From Octopus bimaculoides (taxonomy: Eukaryota), in assembly GCF_001194135.2 (NCBI RefSeq), contig NC_068981.1:167831959-167895958 (forward strand): a stretch of DNA of 64,000 nt, given 5' to 3'. Below the pieces are notes generated by a model. The model saw only the letters and a list, made by a program, of their open reading frames with translations, searched no databases and was not told the DNA's origin. The first letter of the stretch is position 1. Every line of letters starts with the position of its first letter. Below, piece by piece: positions 1 through 11,237 of the stretch. The position numbers and the translations under genes are program-made.

Positions 1-329
1 GAAAGCAGGTCCCTGATGGCTACTTATCAATACACCATCGTATTTTGAAATAGATTTCTTCGTGAGATTTTCTGAATGTGAATTCAGTAGTGTGTGGCAT
101 ACTTTTTAAAAATATTTTTTGTATTATATTTAAAATGGTAGATGGAGATGATTTTAGGTATCTACTAATAATGAAGTTTCTAATACTGTTGAATGTCATA
201 TTTCTAAAGTTTTTTTTATGTTTTTTTGTTTACGAGCGCTATCGACAATTAGTTTATAAACAGTATCGATGATTATTTGAACAAAATATATTATAGATTT
301 TCAGAGATATTCATTTAGCTCTGTTTGAG

Positions 330-510
330 CATGGAGTGCTGACATTTGAGATAAAAAGATTTATTCAGTTCTATTTAGTAGCTTACAAATACCAGTCGTG
401 TGAAACATTTTCGTGACCAACCATTTCTCCATCCTGCTCTACTCTTCTTCATCTGTTCCGTATTTGCAGCGAAAGATTGCCGCCCTCTTCAGTTTGTCCT
501 TAATAATTGA
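330..510 (-). mobile_element. Degenerate mariner-type transposase C-terminal remnant
   Basis: The minus strand reads IIKDKLKRAAIFRCKYGTDEEE*SRMEKWLVTKMFHTTGICKLLNRTE*. This resembles the mariner C-terminal pattern LK..L.G..F.TDEE....WL...F...GI.KL..R. It has in-frame stops and no TIR was seen. Confidence 0.35.
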
Positions 511-963
511 AATCACATGAATGTTTTAATTTTTTTTTTTTTTTAAATATTTTGATCTTTCGTTTCCTTGTTATGAATCGTTTATTATTTAGACAAAAAA
601 AAAACAAGCAATTTTGACGCAAATGTTTAGTTGATACCATCAAACCTACTAATTGATTGGTGCTTCATATATATCGTTCCTGAAAGGATGCAAAGCAAAT
701 TTAACCGCAGGTAGATTTGAACTCAGAACGAAAACAACCAGAAGTTTTGTTTTAGTTTTAAGAAGTATTTCGTGGATACTCTGGTACGCATCGTCAATGG
801 TGTATTTGGGTTCTCAATAGTGTTTCGGGTTTTACAGTATCACTCTGTCTCTTGTCCAGAAATATTACAAGGCAGTTTTATCCTATTCTCTTACAATTTT
901 ATTAATCCACAGCCCTATCAATGATATTTGCTCACACAAATATCCAGAATTATATATTATAAT

Positions 964-1204
964 ACAATTGCAGCGTGGAAGGTGTTTATAAGCCATTTAA
1001 GAAACACACAAAAACCATTAGATTCACTTCAACATTTAAATTTAAATTGCCAAAATATTTTCGTCGCTTTGAGACCGCGACTTGTTCACTGACAAAATTC
1101 TGTGCTGCATCTAAATTTTGTACTGCATTTAACTGTTGAAGTGAATCTAATGGTTTTTGTGTGTTTCTTAAATGGCTTATAAACACCTTCCACGCTGCAA
1201 TTGT
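964..1204. mobile_element. MITE / foldback element with 71-bp perfect terminal inverted repeats
   Basis: 964-1034 is the exact reverse complement of 1134-1204, extending to 78 bp with one mismatch. The spacer is ~85-100 bp and non-coding, and CAATTG occurs at both ends. Confidence 0.75.
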
Positions 1205-1572
1205 TTTCGTTTCAGCACACGATCTCAGATCAGGTCGCTTGCTATACATCTCCCTATATTATAATAAATATGGCATTATTTAGTCACGTCTGTTGATTTT
1301 TACCTATCATGCTTCTGTCGTTGATAACAGTGTTACCTATTAAATAACGGGAGTTCATTAAACACGAACATCCTCCCAGAAAATTCGGGGAATGAGACGT
1401 TTTGGCATAGCTGCTTTGGTTTATCTGTCTGAACACCGACTTCTTTGGCATCAGACCTTTTGATGTTTCTTTCATTCTTCCCTACACTCTCGTTGTTTAT
1501 GTGTGAAAGCATTTAGCTTTGTATGTCTGTGTAATTGTAATATTTCTATCGCTCCCTCAGCATCCACTTCAG

Positions 1573-1694
1573 GCTTACGACCATATCACGCAGAAAGCAC
1601 CGAATCTCGTCTGATCACTGAAGTGAAGCAATGTCGAGTCCAGTTAGGACTTAGATGGGTGATCGATCGCTTGGGAAAACTAGGTGCTGTAACC
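1573..1694 (+). pseudogene. 5S rRNA pseudogene (dispersed copy)
   Basis: GCTTACGACCATATCACG...CTCGTCTGATCACTGAAGTGAAGCAATGTCGAG...AGATGGGTGAT...GCTTGGGAAAAC...GGTGCTGTAA follows the invertebrate 5S sequence over its full length. It has scattered substitutions, including boxes A and C, and a 4-bp GATC duplication. Confidence 0.88.
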
Positions 1695-1707
1695 CTCTTG
1701 TTTTGTA

Positions 1708-1950
1708 GAGGCGTGTAGCTTAGTGGTTAGGAGTGTTGGACTCATGATTGAATGTAAGATTGTGGTTTCAATTCATGGACTGGGTGACACGTTGTATTCT
1801 TGAGCACAACATTTCATTTCACGTTGCTCCAATCCACTCAGCTGGCAAAAATGAGTCATCCTGAAACTGGCCGGCGTCCCGTCTGTGGGACAATATATAC
1901 GCCAGAGAAACTGGGAAACCGGCCCTATGAGTCTGTATGACTCGGAAAGA
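1708..1950 (+). mobile_element. tRNA-derived SINE (family E, CORE-like central domain)
   Basis: A box TAGCTTAGTGG and B-box-like GGTTTCAATTC are followed by TTCTTGAGCA...TTGCTCCAATCCACTCAGCTGG. That segment recurs at 10045 (+) and 37530 (-). Confidence 0.7.
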
Positions 1951-1961
1951 AATTGTCTTCT

Positions 1962-2440
1962 ATCCACTGGGATGACTTCGTCACTAACGCCTAGGTTATA
2001 GAGGAGGCGAAGGTTACTACTGTGAAAGAAACTCTGTTGAAGACAGAGTTACTCTGGGCAAGACATGTCTCAAGGATGGAAGTTCATTGACACCACAAGA
2101 TCACAATGTATGGCGAACTCTTCACTGATCTCTGTGTTACACGTACACCAAGGACGAGTTACATGGATTCCCAAAAGAAATCCCACGGTACCTACCGTGC
2201 TCTGTTTTTGCTGCGAACCGTGAAATCTACCATCTCACTGTCCTCCGGGAAGCAGCCTTCTTTGAACATTCGCAGAACCATCCTTGCTGACTAGAGACAA
2301 AGGAGGAAAATCAAGGACACCGCTGCTAAATCTGATCAGCCTACCTTCTCATGAAGCCTCTGCGGTCGTCCTTGTTTGTTTCGGGTTGAATTTGTCGGGC
2401 ATCGGCGAACCTGGAACAGACTGGAACATCCTCATGCATA
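1962..2440 (+). mobile_element. RTE-clade LINE, 3' end of ORF2 (decayed)
   Basis: Translation IHWDDFVTNA*VIEEAKVTTVKETLLKTELLWARHVSRMEVH*HHKITMYGEL matches the RTE post-RT motif W.D..TN.EV........L....LRW.GHV.RM...R.PK..LYGEL. The downstream CGRPCLFRVEFVGHRRT matches the terminal Cys/His motif. Confidence 0.85.
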
Positions 2441-2469
2441 CACCTTCTTTTGCAAAGGCAAGCCAAGTA

Positions 2470-2630
2470 AAACATGTATGTGTGTGTATGAATGTGTGTG
2501 TGTGTGTGTGTGTGAGTGTGTGTGCATGCCCGTGTGTGCATATATATGTGTGTGTGTGTGTGTATATGTATATATTCATGTGTGCGTCTATATATTTGCA
2601 TATATATACACGGACACATACATATGCTTG
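2470..2630. repeat. Compound (TG)/(TA) microsatellite
   Basis: Read directly from the sequence. Confidence 0.9.
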
Positions 2631-2890
2631 AATTAACAAGTACTAATTGAGAAAAGAAATCGTTACGAACATGACAAGCACTATCACTTATTTCGTTACT
2701 TCGTTACTTCCCTGTCTGAAAAACATGTGGCAGCACTAAATTTCCCTGACGTGCACACGATAGAAGATAAAAAAAAAATTGTCTGGATAATTGGAACCAT
2801 GCTGCTTTTGGTAACGCTGCTACGCTTAATGCCGTTGCCAATGCAGTGGCTTCTATTGCTGTTTGTTGCTGCAGATATTGTTATTCTGGG

Positions 2891-2930
<40 letters not shown>

Positions 2931-3906
2931 ATTGCTGTTCGATTAGCAATTATTTTAATCTCAGACTTTATTTCCCATGGAATCATTTTTAATAAATTCA
3001 CTTTTAAAAAGAAATAGTNNNNNNNNNNNNNNNNNNNNNNNNNNNNNNNNNNNNNNNNNNNNNNNNNNNNNNNNNNNNNNNNNNNNNNNNNNNNNNNNNN
3101 NNNNNNNNNNNNNNNNNNNNNNNNNNNNNNNNNNNNNNNNNNNNNNNNNNNNNNNNNNNNNNNNNNNNNNNNNNNNNNNNNNNNNNNNNNNNNNNNNNNN
3201 NNNNNNNNNNNNNNNNNNNNNNNNNNNNNNNNNNNNNNNNNNNNNNNNNNNNNNNNNNNNNNNNNNNNNNNNNNNNNNNNNNNNNNNNNNNNNNNNNNNN
3301 NNNNNNNNNNNNNNNNNNNNNNNNNNNNNNNNNNNNNNNNNNNNNNNNNNNNNNNNNNNNNNNNNNNNNNNNNNNNNNNNNNNNNNNNNNNNNNNNNNNN
3401 NNNNNNNNNNNNNNNNNNNNNNNNNNNNNNNNNNNNNNNNNNNNNNNNNNNNNNNNNNNNNNNNNNNNNNNNNNNNNNNNNNNNNNNNNNNNNNNNNNNN
3501 NNNNNNNNNNNNNNNNNNNNNNNNNNNNNNNNNNNNNNNNNNNNNNNNNNNNNNNNNNNNNNNNNNNNNNNNNNNNNNNNNNNNNNNNNNNNNNNNNNNN
3601 NNNNNNNNNNNNNNNNNNNNNNNNNNNNNNNNNNNNNNNNNNNNNNNNNNNNNNNNNNNNNNNNNNNNNNNNNNNNNNNNNNNNNNNNNNNNNNNNNNNN
3701 NNNNNNNNNNNNNNNNNNNNNNNNNNNNNNNNNNNNNNNNNNNNNNNNNNNNNNNNNNNNNNNNNNNNNNNNNNNNNNNNNNNNNNNNNNNNNNNNNNNN
3801 NNNNNNNNNNNNNNNNNNNNNNNNNNNNNNNNNNNNNNNNNNNNNNNNNNNNNNNNNNNNNNNNNNNNNNNNNNNNNNNNNNNNNNNNNNNNNNNNNNNN
3901 NNNNNN

Positions 3907-3954
<48 letters not shown>

Positions 3955-4482
3955 ACACACACACATCACGCTCATGCACAGAAAAGCATACCCTTAAGAG
4001 GATAATTCTGAGAAGGCAGATAGATTGGTAAGTAGGTTGGTAGATAACGTATATCATGTTGAATCTCTACCGTAAGATCTATATCTATACAGCCATTTAT
4101 TTTTGCACGAACCAGGTATTTGTGTGTATTGTATATTTGTAGAAGTGTGCACAAGTGCGTTCCCTTCTGTTCGCGTGTGTGTGTGTGTGTCAGTGTTCGT
4201 GTTAGTGTACTCGTCCATGTGTCCATACATAACGGATTAATGCCTAGGTATACATGTACTTAGATAAGTATGCGAATGTACGGTCATTTTTTTTTAGCAT
4301 ATGTGTGTATACGTGAGTCTTTATGCAGTATATTGCGTTATTTTTTTTTAACCTCAAACCTATGTCTTCTCTAGTCTTTAGTACAAACAGACTTTCGCGT
4401 ACATGTATATATTTCACATTGTATTGATATTTTCAGCTTATATATGTAAGCGTATATATATATTTATATATATGTATATATA

Positions 4483-4513
<31 letters not shown>

Positions 4514-4520
4514 CTATATC

Positions 4521-4553
<33 letters not shown>

Positions 4554-4949
4554 GTGTGTGTGTTTGAGTGCCAACGTATACGTAGGTGCTCCTACCATTT
4601 TAATGATCAACGAGCTGTATTTTAATACACTCGTCCCTCAATTAACAAGTGCGTCTGATCGATTAGGGTAAATTTTGCACCACTTGTGTACACATATATA
4701 TATATACATAAACATTAACATATATACATACTCACATATATACATATATGGTTACGTTTATGTGTGTGTATGTAAAGAAATAAGTAAAAAAGATTTAATT
4801 AAGATTCGTGTATTTACCTTGTTACATGATTGGTCTAATTTCTAACTCTCAAAATGCAGCAATAATACCAGCAGCTGGATTGAAGTAATGAGAGCCATGA
4901 CAACAGCACCAATAATAATCACTATATAATAATAAATACTTGTAGTACA

Positions 4950-4997
<48 letters not shown>
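4950..4997. repeat. (TAA)n microsatellite directly 5' of the R4/Dong-like insert
   Basis: About 16 perfect TAA units. Confidence 0.95.
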
Positions 4998-5676
4998 CAC
5001 TGGGTAATATGCAAAAACCTGGACTTGCCCCATGATAAAAACTGGTGGGAACACAAACCACCCCCAGTACTTGAAAATGATCACATTGCACTCCTCTGGA
5101 ACTTCACCATTCAAACTGACAGAAAGATAGACGCAAATAGGCCAGACATCATACTGAAAGACTTCAGACAAAAATCATGCCTCCTCATTGATATGACTGT
5201 CCCAATTGATATAAACGTATCTGTCAAGACCTACCANNNNNNNNNNNNNNNNNNNNNNNNNNNNNNNNNNNNNNNNNNNNNNNNNNNNNNNNNNNNNNNN
5301 NNNNNNNNNNNNNNNNNNNNNNNNNNNNNNNNNNNNNNNNNNNNNNNNNNNNNNNNNNNNNNNNNNNNNNNNNNNNNNNNNNNNNNNNNNNNNNNNNNNN
5401 NNNNNNNNNNNNNNNNNNNNNNNNNNNNNNNNNNNNNNNNNNNNNNNNNNNNNNNNNNNNNNNNNNNNNNNNNNNNNNNNNNNNNNNNNNNNNNNNNNNN
5501 NNNNNNNNNNNNNNNNNNNNNNNNNNNNNNNNNNNNNNNNNNNNNNNNNNNNNNNNNNNNNNNNNNNNNNNNNNNNNNNNNNNNNNNNNNNNNNNNNNNN
5601 NNNNNNNNNNNNNNNNNNNNNNNNNNNNNNNNNNNNNNNNNNNNNNNNNNNNNNNNNNNNNNAAGTCAAACATAAA
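4998..5676 (+). mobile_element. 5'-truncated R4/Dong-like non-LTR retrotransposon (restriction-like endonuclease domain), interrupted by an N gap
   Basis: An open, uninterrupted frame reads HWVICKNLDLPHDKNWWEHKPPPVLENDHIALLWNFTIQTDRKIDANRPDIILKDFRQKSCLLIDMTVPIDINVSVKTY, containing the RLE motif W...IQTD......RPD...D......IDMTVP. (TAA)n lies on both sides. Confidence 0.85.
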
Positions 5677-5691
5677 ATAATAATAATAATA

Positions 5692-5735
<44 letters not shown>

Positions 5736-5760
5736 AATGATGATGATGATGATGATGATA

Positions 5761-5792
<32 letters not shown>

Positions 5793-5906
5793 AATGGTTT
5801 CAAATGTTGGCACGAGTCCGTCAATTTTGGGGAAAATAAAATTGATAACGATATTCAACAGCAGTTCCAGCAACAGTAACAACGACAACAATAACAGTAG
5901 TAGTAA

Positions 5907-5962
<56 letters not shown>
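5677..5962. repeat. Compound (TAA)/(TGA)n and (AGT)n microsatellites
   Basis: Read directly from the sequence. Confidence 0.9.
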
Positions 5963-5987
5963 AAAGTTATCTCCCATATGGATAATT

Positions 5988-6860
5988 ATACTGGTTTTTG
6001 GGCTAAATTTGATAGTTTGCGAAAAAAAAAAAAATATCTATTCAAAACTATAAGTATTTTTAAGAAATTAAAAATATGGACTAGATTATGGCCGGGAAAT
6101 AATAGCTTACTCAAATTATCTGCCCTCACTTTCCACCATGTCCTCGAGATAGCTCCGAAACCTGGCGGATGCGTCCCCCATTGTGTTCCTGGGAAGATCT
6201 TCGAACATCTTGATCTTGGCCACAAGTTCGGCCTTGATGCTGCAGGCAGAGTGTTTGGTTTCTCTCTCAACCGTGCTACACACGGGGAATCTGGGGAAGT
6301 AGGGGGTCAGAAATTCGGGCTGGTGAAGTTGTGGAAATTCTCTAACTACTTCTGACTCTTTCCGGAGGTATGGCAAGGAGTCAAATCCTGCCGCCACAGA
6401 TATATGACCGTCCAGCAGCAACTCTCCACAGCCAGAGATCGAACACAGCTTCCAACATTTTCATATAACCATCTGAATTGAGCCTAAGACCCTATTCAGA
6501 GATGTGGGGATGTACTCCTGCGTACGGATGCAGTCAGAACGTCTGCTGTACCGCTTCCTGCTGGGCACGGCATCGTAGTCTTCATTGTGGCTGTTCACGT
6601 CATGTCTTATTGACTTTATCGTGTTCACAGAGCGATGAACAACAGTCTTGATGTCAGCATTTTGTTAGCTAGCTCGAATCATTATGATACGGGTAACTCT
6701 TTTTCAATATTCAGATGGCTTCCAGTCATCCATATCAGCTAACTCTTTCTCAACTATAATTTCAATCTTTATGCTCTCCAACGCCGTTCACTGTTCACCA
6801 ATACATCAAGCTGTTCCCGAAAAAAAAGAGACATAAAATATCGCCCGAACACCTTGTACA
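5988..6860 (-). mobile_element. Tc1/mariner (maT/DD37D-like) transposon remnant
   Basis: Minus-strand 6490-6116 reads, with frameshifts, LNSDGYMKMLEAVFDLWLWRVAAGRSYI.RQDLTPCHTSGKSQK*LENFHNFTSPNF*PP...VERETKHSACSIKAELVAKIKMFEDLPRNTMGDASARFRSYLEDMVESEGR. Weak degenerate TIR-like ends occur near 5990 and 6860. Confidence 0.8.
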
Positions 6861-7227
6861 TCGGAATACGTTCATAAGTACTTGAAGCTTAGGATTTATC
6901 CTATATATGTGTATGTGTATGTATGAGTTATGTGCGTATGTATATATGTATGTACTTAAGTTGAGGCACCGGAATTTAGTACAGTATTATCCATACAATT
7001 TCAAAATAAGGTGATTAGAATCAAAATAAGTAAAAAGTATATCCACAAGCTACTCTAGGTGGAAGAAAAGGCAGCATGTTCTATGTCTATCTCCTTAACT
7101 TCTTGGAGATTTTAGGCAAAATTATACTAACGTGTCCATCTGTTTTAATTTAATTAAATTCTATGTCTTTATGCAGCTGAGGATTGCTCTGCATTTAAAT
7201 TGATGTAATGGTTGCATTGTTCAATTA

Positions 7228-7228
7228 A

Positions 7229-7278
<50 letters not shown>

Positions 7279-7442
7279 GGATGGATGGATGGATGGATGG
7301 ATGGATGGATGGATGGATGGATGGATGGATAGAGAGAGAGAGACTGACACAAACAGACTGACAGAGATAGAGATGGTTAAGTGTATTATACACACAGGCA
7401 CACAAACACAAATACACATGTAATACACTTAATATAGATAGT

Positions 7443-7496
<54 letters not shown>

Positions 7497-7530
7497 GTGA
7501 GAGAGAGAGAGAAGAAGAAGAAGAAGAAAA
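7228..7530. repeat. (GATA)n/(GGAT)n/(GA)n/(GAA)n microsatellite cluster
   Basis: Read directly from the sequence. Confidence 0.9.
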
Positions 7531-8063
7531 GAATAATAAAATGACGGGAATATATACGTAGAAAAACGAGAGAAATAGAGGAAAAGATGTTGGATAGACC
7601 GATTGGCAAGTTGTGCCATTAAGAGATAAAGAAGATATGGTGCGTACTCTATGAGCAGGTGACATGTTTCACGTGACCGATGTGAGTGAGCAGACAACAC
7701 ATAAGAAGGTCGTGACTGTTGAGAAAGATGCAGAAATTATAGTTTATCTGGTGCTTATGCCTTTATGTCGTGTCTTATTTACAATTCATTCAGATGTTAG
7801 CAATGTCTGAAACAAATCTAAGAAATACATTGAAGAATAAAAAGGAGTAACTTGACGTATGATCAACAGAGGGATTTAGTATCTCCACATAATTGGTTTA
7901 TGTGTATATGTCTGTAGTTATACTATTATTGTTGTTTAGCTCTATGTTTTTCTTCATTGAGCGAGCCCAATATTAAGGGAACTCAAGTTATAACCATCAT
8001 ACCTTTTTTGTTTTTCAATATAATTAAATTTTGAATAAACGCTATAAGCACGACTCAAAATAG

Positions 8064-8150
8064 AAAAATGCGCTTCGCCGACGGGAATCAAACCACGCAT
8101 TTGTTATAACCTAGACTATCATTGGAAACCATTATACCAAACCAACCAGG
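8064..8150 (-). pseudogene. Degenerate tRNA-like sequence
   Basis: The minus strand has A box TGGTATAATGG and B box GGTTTGATTCC at tRNA-like spacing, followed by TTTTT. The acceptor stem does not pair. Confidence 0.3.
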
Positions 8151-8890
8151 TATTATTCGTGCTGACACTAATTTGATTCCCTGCGGTGTATCAGAACGCT
8201 TTGGTGTAACGGTTGCCATAGTTACCTGCTCTAAGACAGCGACTCAATTCAAGTTTCGTGATTGGTTCTGTGCACAATTTTTTTTTATATGATATCGTGC
8301 CTATGAATTACTTCATTTTATTTAAACTTTATATTTGTAAATATTAAACGTTTGCTTAACAACACAAACTTAATTACACATTATCAAATGTGTAATGTTT
8401 TTCAATGACGGAAAACGGTGAGTTGAAGGAGTTTGAGCTACTTTTTTTAATCCTTGTATATAATGTGACTAGGTACAGGTTCCAACGTTGACACGTGCTC
8501 GTATACATAGACGTATGCGTAGACACAGAAATAAATGCGTGTATGTATGTGTATACGCATGCATGTAAGAAAGAGAGAATCTACATGCATGTGCGTCTTC
8601 ATGTCTGTCTGCATGTGTGTGTGTATGCATGTGTGTGTATGTTTGAGTGAACAACGAGCCGTAATATGGCTGGCAAGAGACGTCTTTACGACTCCGATCC
8701 GATTCTCTGTCATAACCTGAGTATACAGTTTTTTATCCTTCCTTTTTTGGGGGTGGGGTTCTTCCTTGGAACGTACTGTATCCTTGGTACGGACTATCTT
8801 CAGCAATGTATTGTAATAACTAGCCATTGACTAGTTATTACAATAAAGTGTTTCGTAGGCTAAAGGGGTTTCATTCATATGCCTAAAATG

Positions 8891-8921
<31 letters not shown>

Positions 8922-9836
8922 NNNNNNNNNNNNNNNNNNNNNNNNNNNNNNNNNNNNNNNNNNNNNNNNNNNNNNNNNNNNNNNNNNNNNNNNNNNNNNN
9001 NNNNNNNNNNNNNNNNNNNNNNNNNNNNNNNNNNNNNNNNNNNNNNNNNNNNNNNNNNNNNNNNNNNNNNNNNNNNNNNNNNNNNNNNNNNNNNNNNNNN
9101 NNNNNNNNNNNNNNNNNNNNNNNNNNNNNNNNNNNNNNNNNNNNNNNNNNNNNNNNNNNNNNNNNNNNNNNNNNNNNNNNNNNNNNNNNNNNNNNNNNNN
9201 NNNNNNNNNNNNNNNNNNNNNNNNNNNNNNNNNNNNNNNNNNNNNNNNNNNNNNNNNNNNNNNNNNNNNNNNNNNNNNNNNNNNNNNNNNNNNNNNNNNN
9301 NNNNNNNNNNNNNNNNNNNNNNNNNNNNNNNNNNNNNNNNNNNNNNNNNNNNNNNNNNNNNNNNNTATCGTTATAGGTATAAAAATACCATAAACAATTA
9401 TAGAAAAAATGGAGGAGAAAAAGATGTTGAACCAAAATTAGATTTAATACAAAATAGGATTCAATACATACGCGCGTTTCAAAGGACACTACAAATATGT
9501 AAGAAAAAATTATAACCATAGTAATTATAATTAAATTTATGGATTGTCATTTTCATCAGTGTGAAGAATTTTTGTAAGGACATCAAAAAATGTTTAATAA
9601 AATAAGGTAAATTAAAATAAGATACAAGGGAGAATACAAGTGGGATAATAGGGAAAAAATCGGATATTTGCAAGCAAGTTTTAAAAGGGGAAAAATAACA
9701 ATAATAATAATAGTAAGAGAGATGAAAGGGAAAAAAAAACAGACAGACATCAATGTGTATGCACGTCTATATGTGCGGTAAACTATAACATAAAAATAAG
9801 AATGAAAAGCTAACGGGTATGTTTAAAAATAAAAAA

Positions 9837-10038
9837 ATGGTAACAGGTCGAGACGGTGTATAATAAACAGGGCCACGTGCGTATAGTAGAATATAACGTA
9901 ACAGGTGGACTAGTAGAAAAAACCATAGAGAGTTATACATATACATATTAATATTGAAAAACGAAAAAATATATGTATATATCTTCTACTATACACACGT
10001 GGCCCTGTTTATTATACTTTGTCTCGATCTGTTATCAT
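9837..10038. mobile_element. MITE-like element with ~55-bp imperfect TIRs
   Basis: 9837-9891 pairs with 9984-10038, sharing the core GTATAATAAACAGGGCCACGTG with about 6 mismatches. Confidence 0.7.
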
Positions 10039-10044
10039 GACGTA

Positions 10045-10320
10045 GTGAGTTCGTTTCCAGGCCCGGGCTGTGTGTTGTGTTCTTGAGCAAGGCACTTTGC
10101 TCCAGTTCACTCATCTGTAGAAATGAACTGCGACGTCACTGGTGCCAAGCTGTATTGGCCTTTGCTATCATCAGTGGCGTGGAGAGGGAAGTCTGGTATA
10201 CATGGGCGACCGCTGGTCTTCCATAAACAACCTTGCTTGGTTTTGTACCTCGGAGGGGAACTTTCTAGAAGCAATCCCATGGTTATTCAAGACCGAAGGG
10301 GGTCTAAAAAACCCCAATTC
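10045..10320 (+). mobile_element. SINE family E, 5'-clipped copy
   Basis: GAGTTCGTTTCC B-box remnant followed by TTCTTGAGCAAGGCACTTTGCTCCAGTTCACTCATCTG, homologous to 1790-1850. Confidence 0.65.
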
Positions 10321-11149
10321 TATGTGTATGTAGATATCTATACCTATCTATATGTATATACGTGTATGTGTGTGTGTGTGTGTGTGTGCGTATATATATA
10401 TATATATGTGTGTGTATGTATAAATATATATATATGTGTGTGTATATGTGTTTATATATACAGCAACTGTGGACATATTCATAAGCTTCCAGGCCACTCC
10501 TTCATCAAGGTACTGCTGTTATATGTAGAATATCTAATGATTATAAGTAACATAATTGTTGCTTACCTAAGAAAATGTGAAGAAAACAAAAAGAATTAAA
10601 AGTGTGTTTAATAGAATGTGGGAAAAACTAATTTTTGAAGAGACTTTACCATTAACAGTTTTGTGGAACAATTAAGTACTTTGTCGTGTTACCCAAGATT
10701 GGCTTATTATATTGGTTGTGTTGTTATTGCTGTTGGTCACAATATTTCGATTACATACGTGTTGATATAAATGCTAAAACCTTGCCTTGTCTTGCTTTTC
10801 TCTGCCTCGCCTTTACCTTGTCTTGTTTAGGTTCTGCCTGTCGAGATGTCTTGAGAAAAAATCTATAACCATTCCTACACATTTTGTAGTTTTTATGCAA
10901 CTGTTTGCTCTTTCATTTTCTCAAGTGCATAGACGCACACACATACACACGCACGCTCACAAATATGGTTACATACTTGATAGACAATAATAAATTCCTC
11001 TACATGCATGGATACATGTATGCAAACTTCCTTCCATACGTGCATAAAGAGATATACACACATACATGTATACATACATACCTTTATTTAGTCATAAATA
11101 CATTTAACCCAGCTATTTGGTCATCAGTAAATCTAAAGTCGACAGGAAT

Positions 11150-11171
11150 GTAGTAGTAGTAGTAGTAGTTA

Positions 11172-11236
<65 letters not shown>

Positions 11237-11237
11237 C
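11150..11237. repeat. (TAG)n(TAA)n microsatellite
   Basis: Read directly from the sequence. Confidence 0.95.

Noticed and set aside
2727-3017. Hydrophobic 96-aa ORF that looks like a membrane protein
   Set aside because: Much of the hydrophobicity comes from a (GTT)n microsatellite. There is no homology or splice support.
2961-4005. Long ORFs of 150-410 aa in the ORF track here and at 8.9, 11.9, 16.8, 20.2, 48.8, 55.6, 58.8 and 60.9 kb
   Set aside because: They run through N gaps and (TA)/(CA)/(TATG) repeats, so they are not real coding sequence.
8447-8827. ATG-started ORF MASYYNTLLKIVRTK...
   Set aside because: It runs into CA repeats and has no recognisable domain. It is possible but unsupported.
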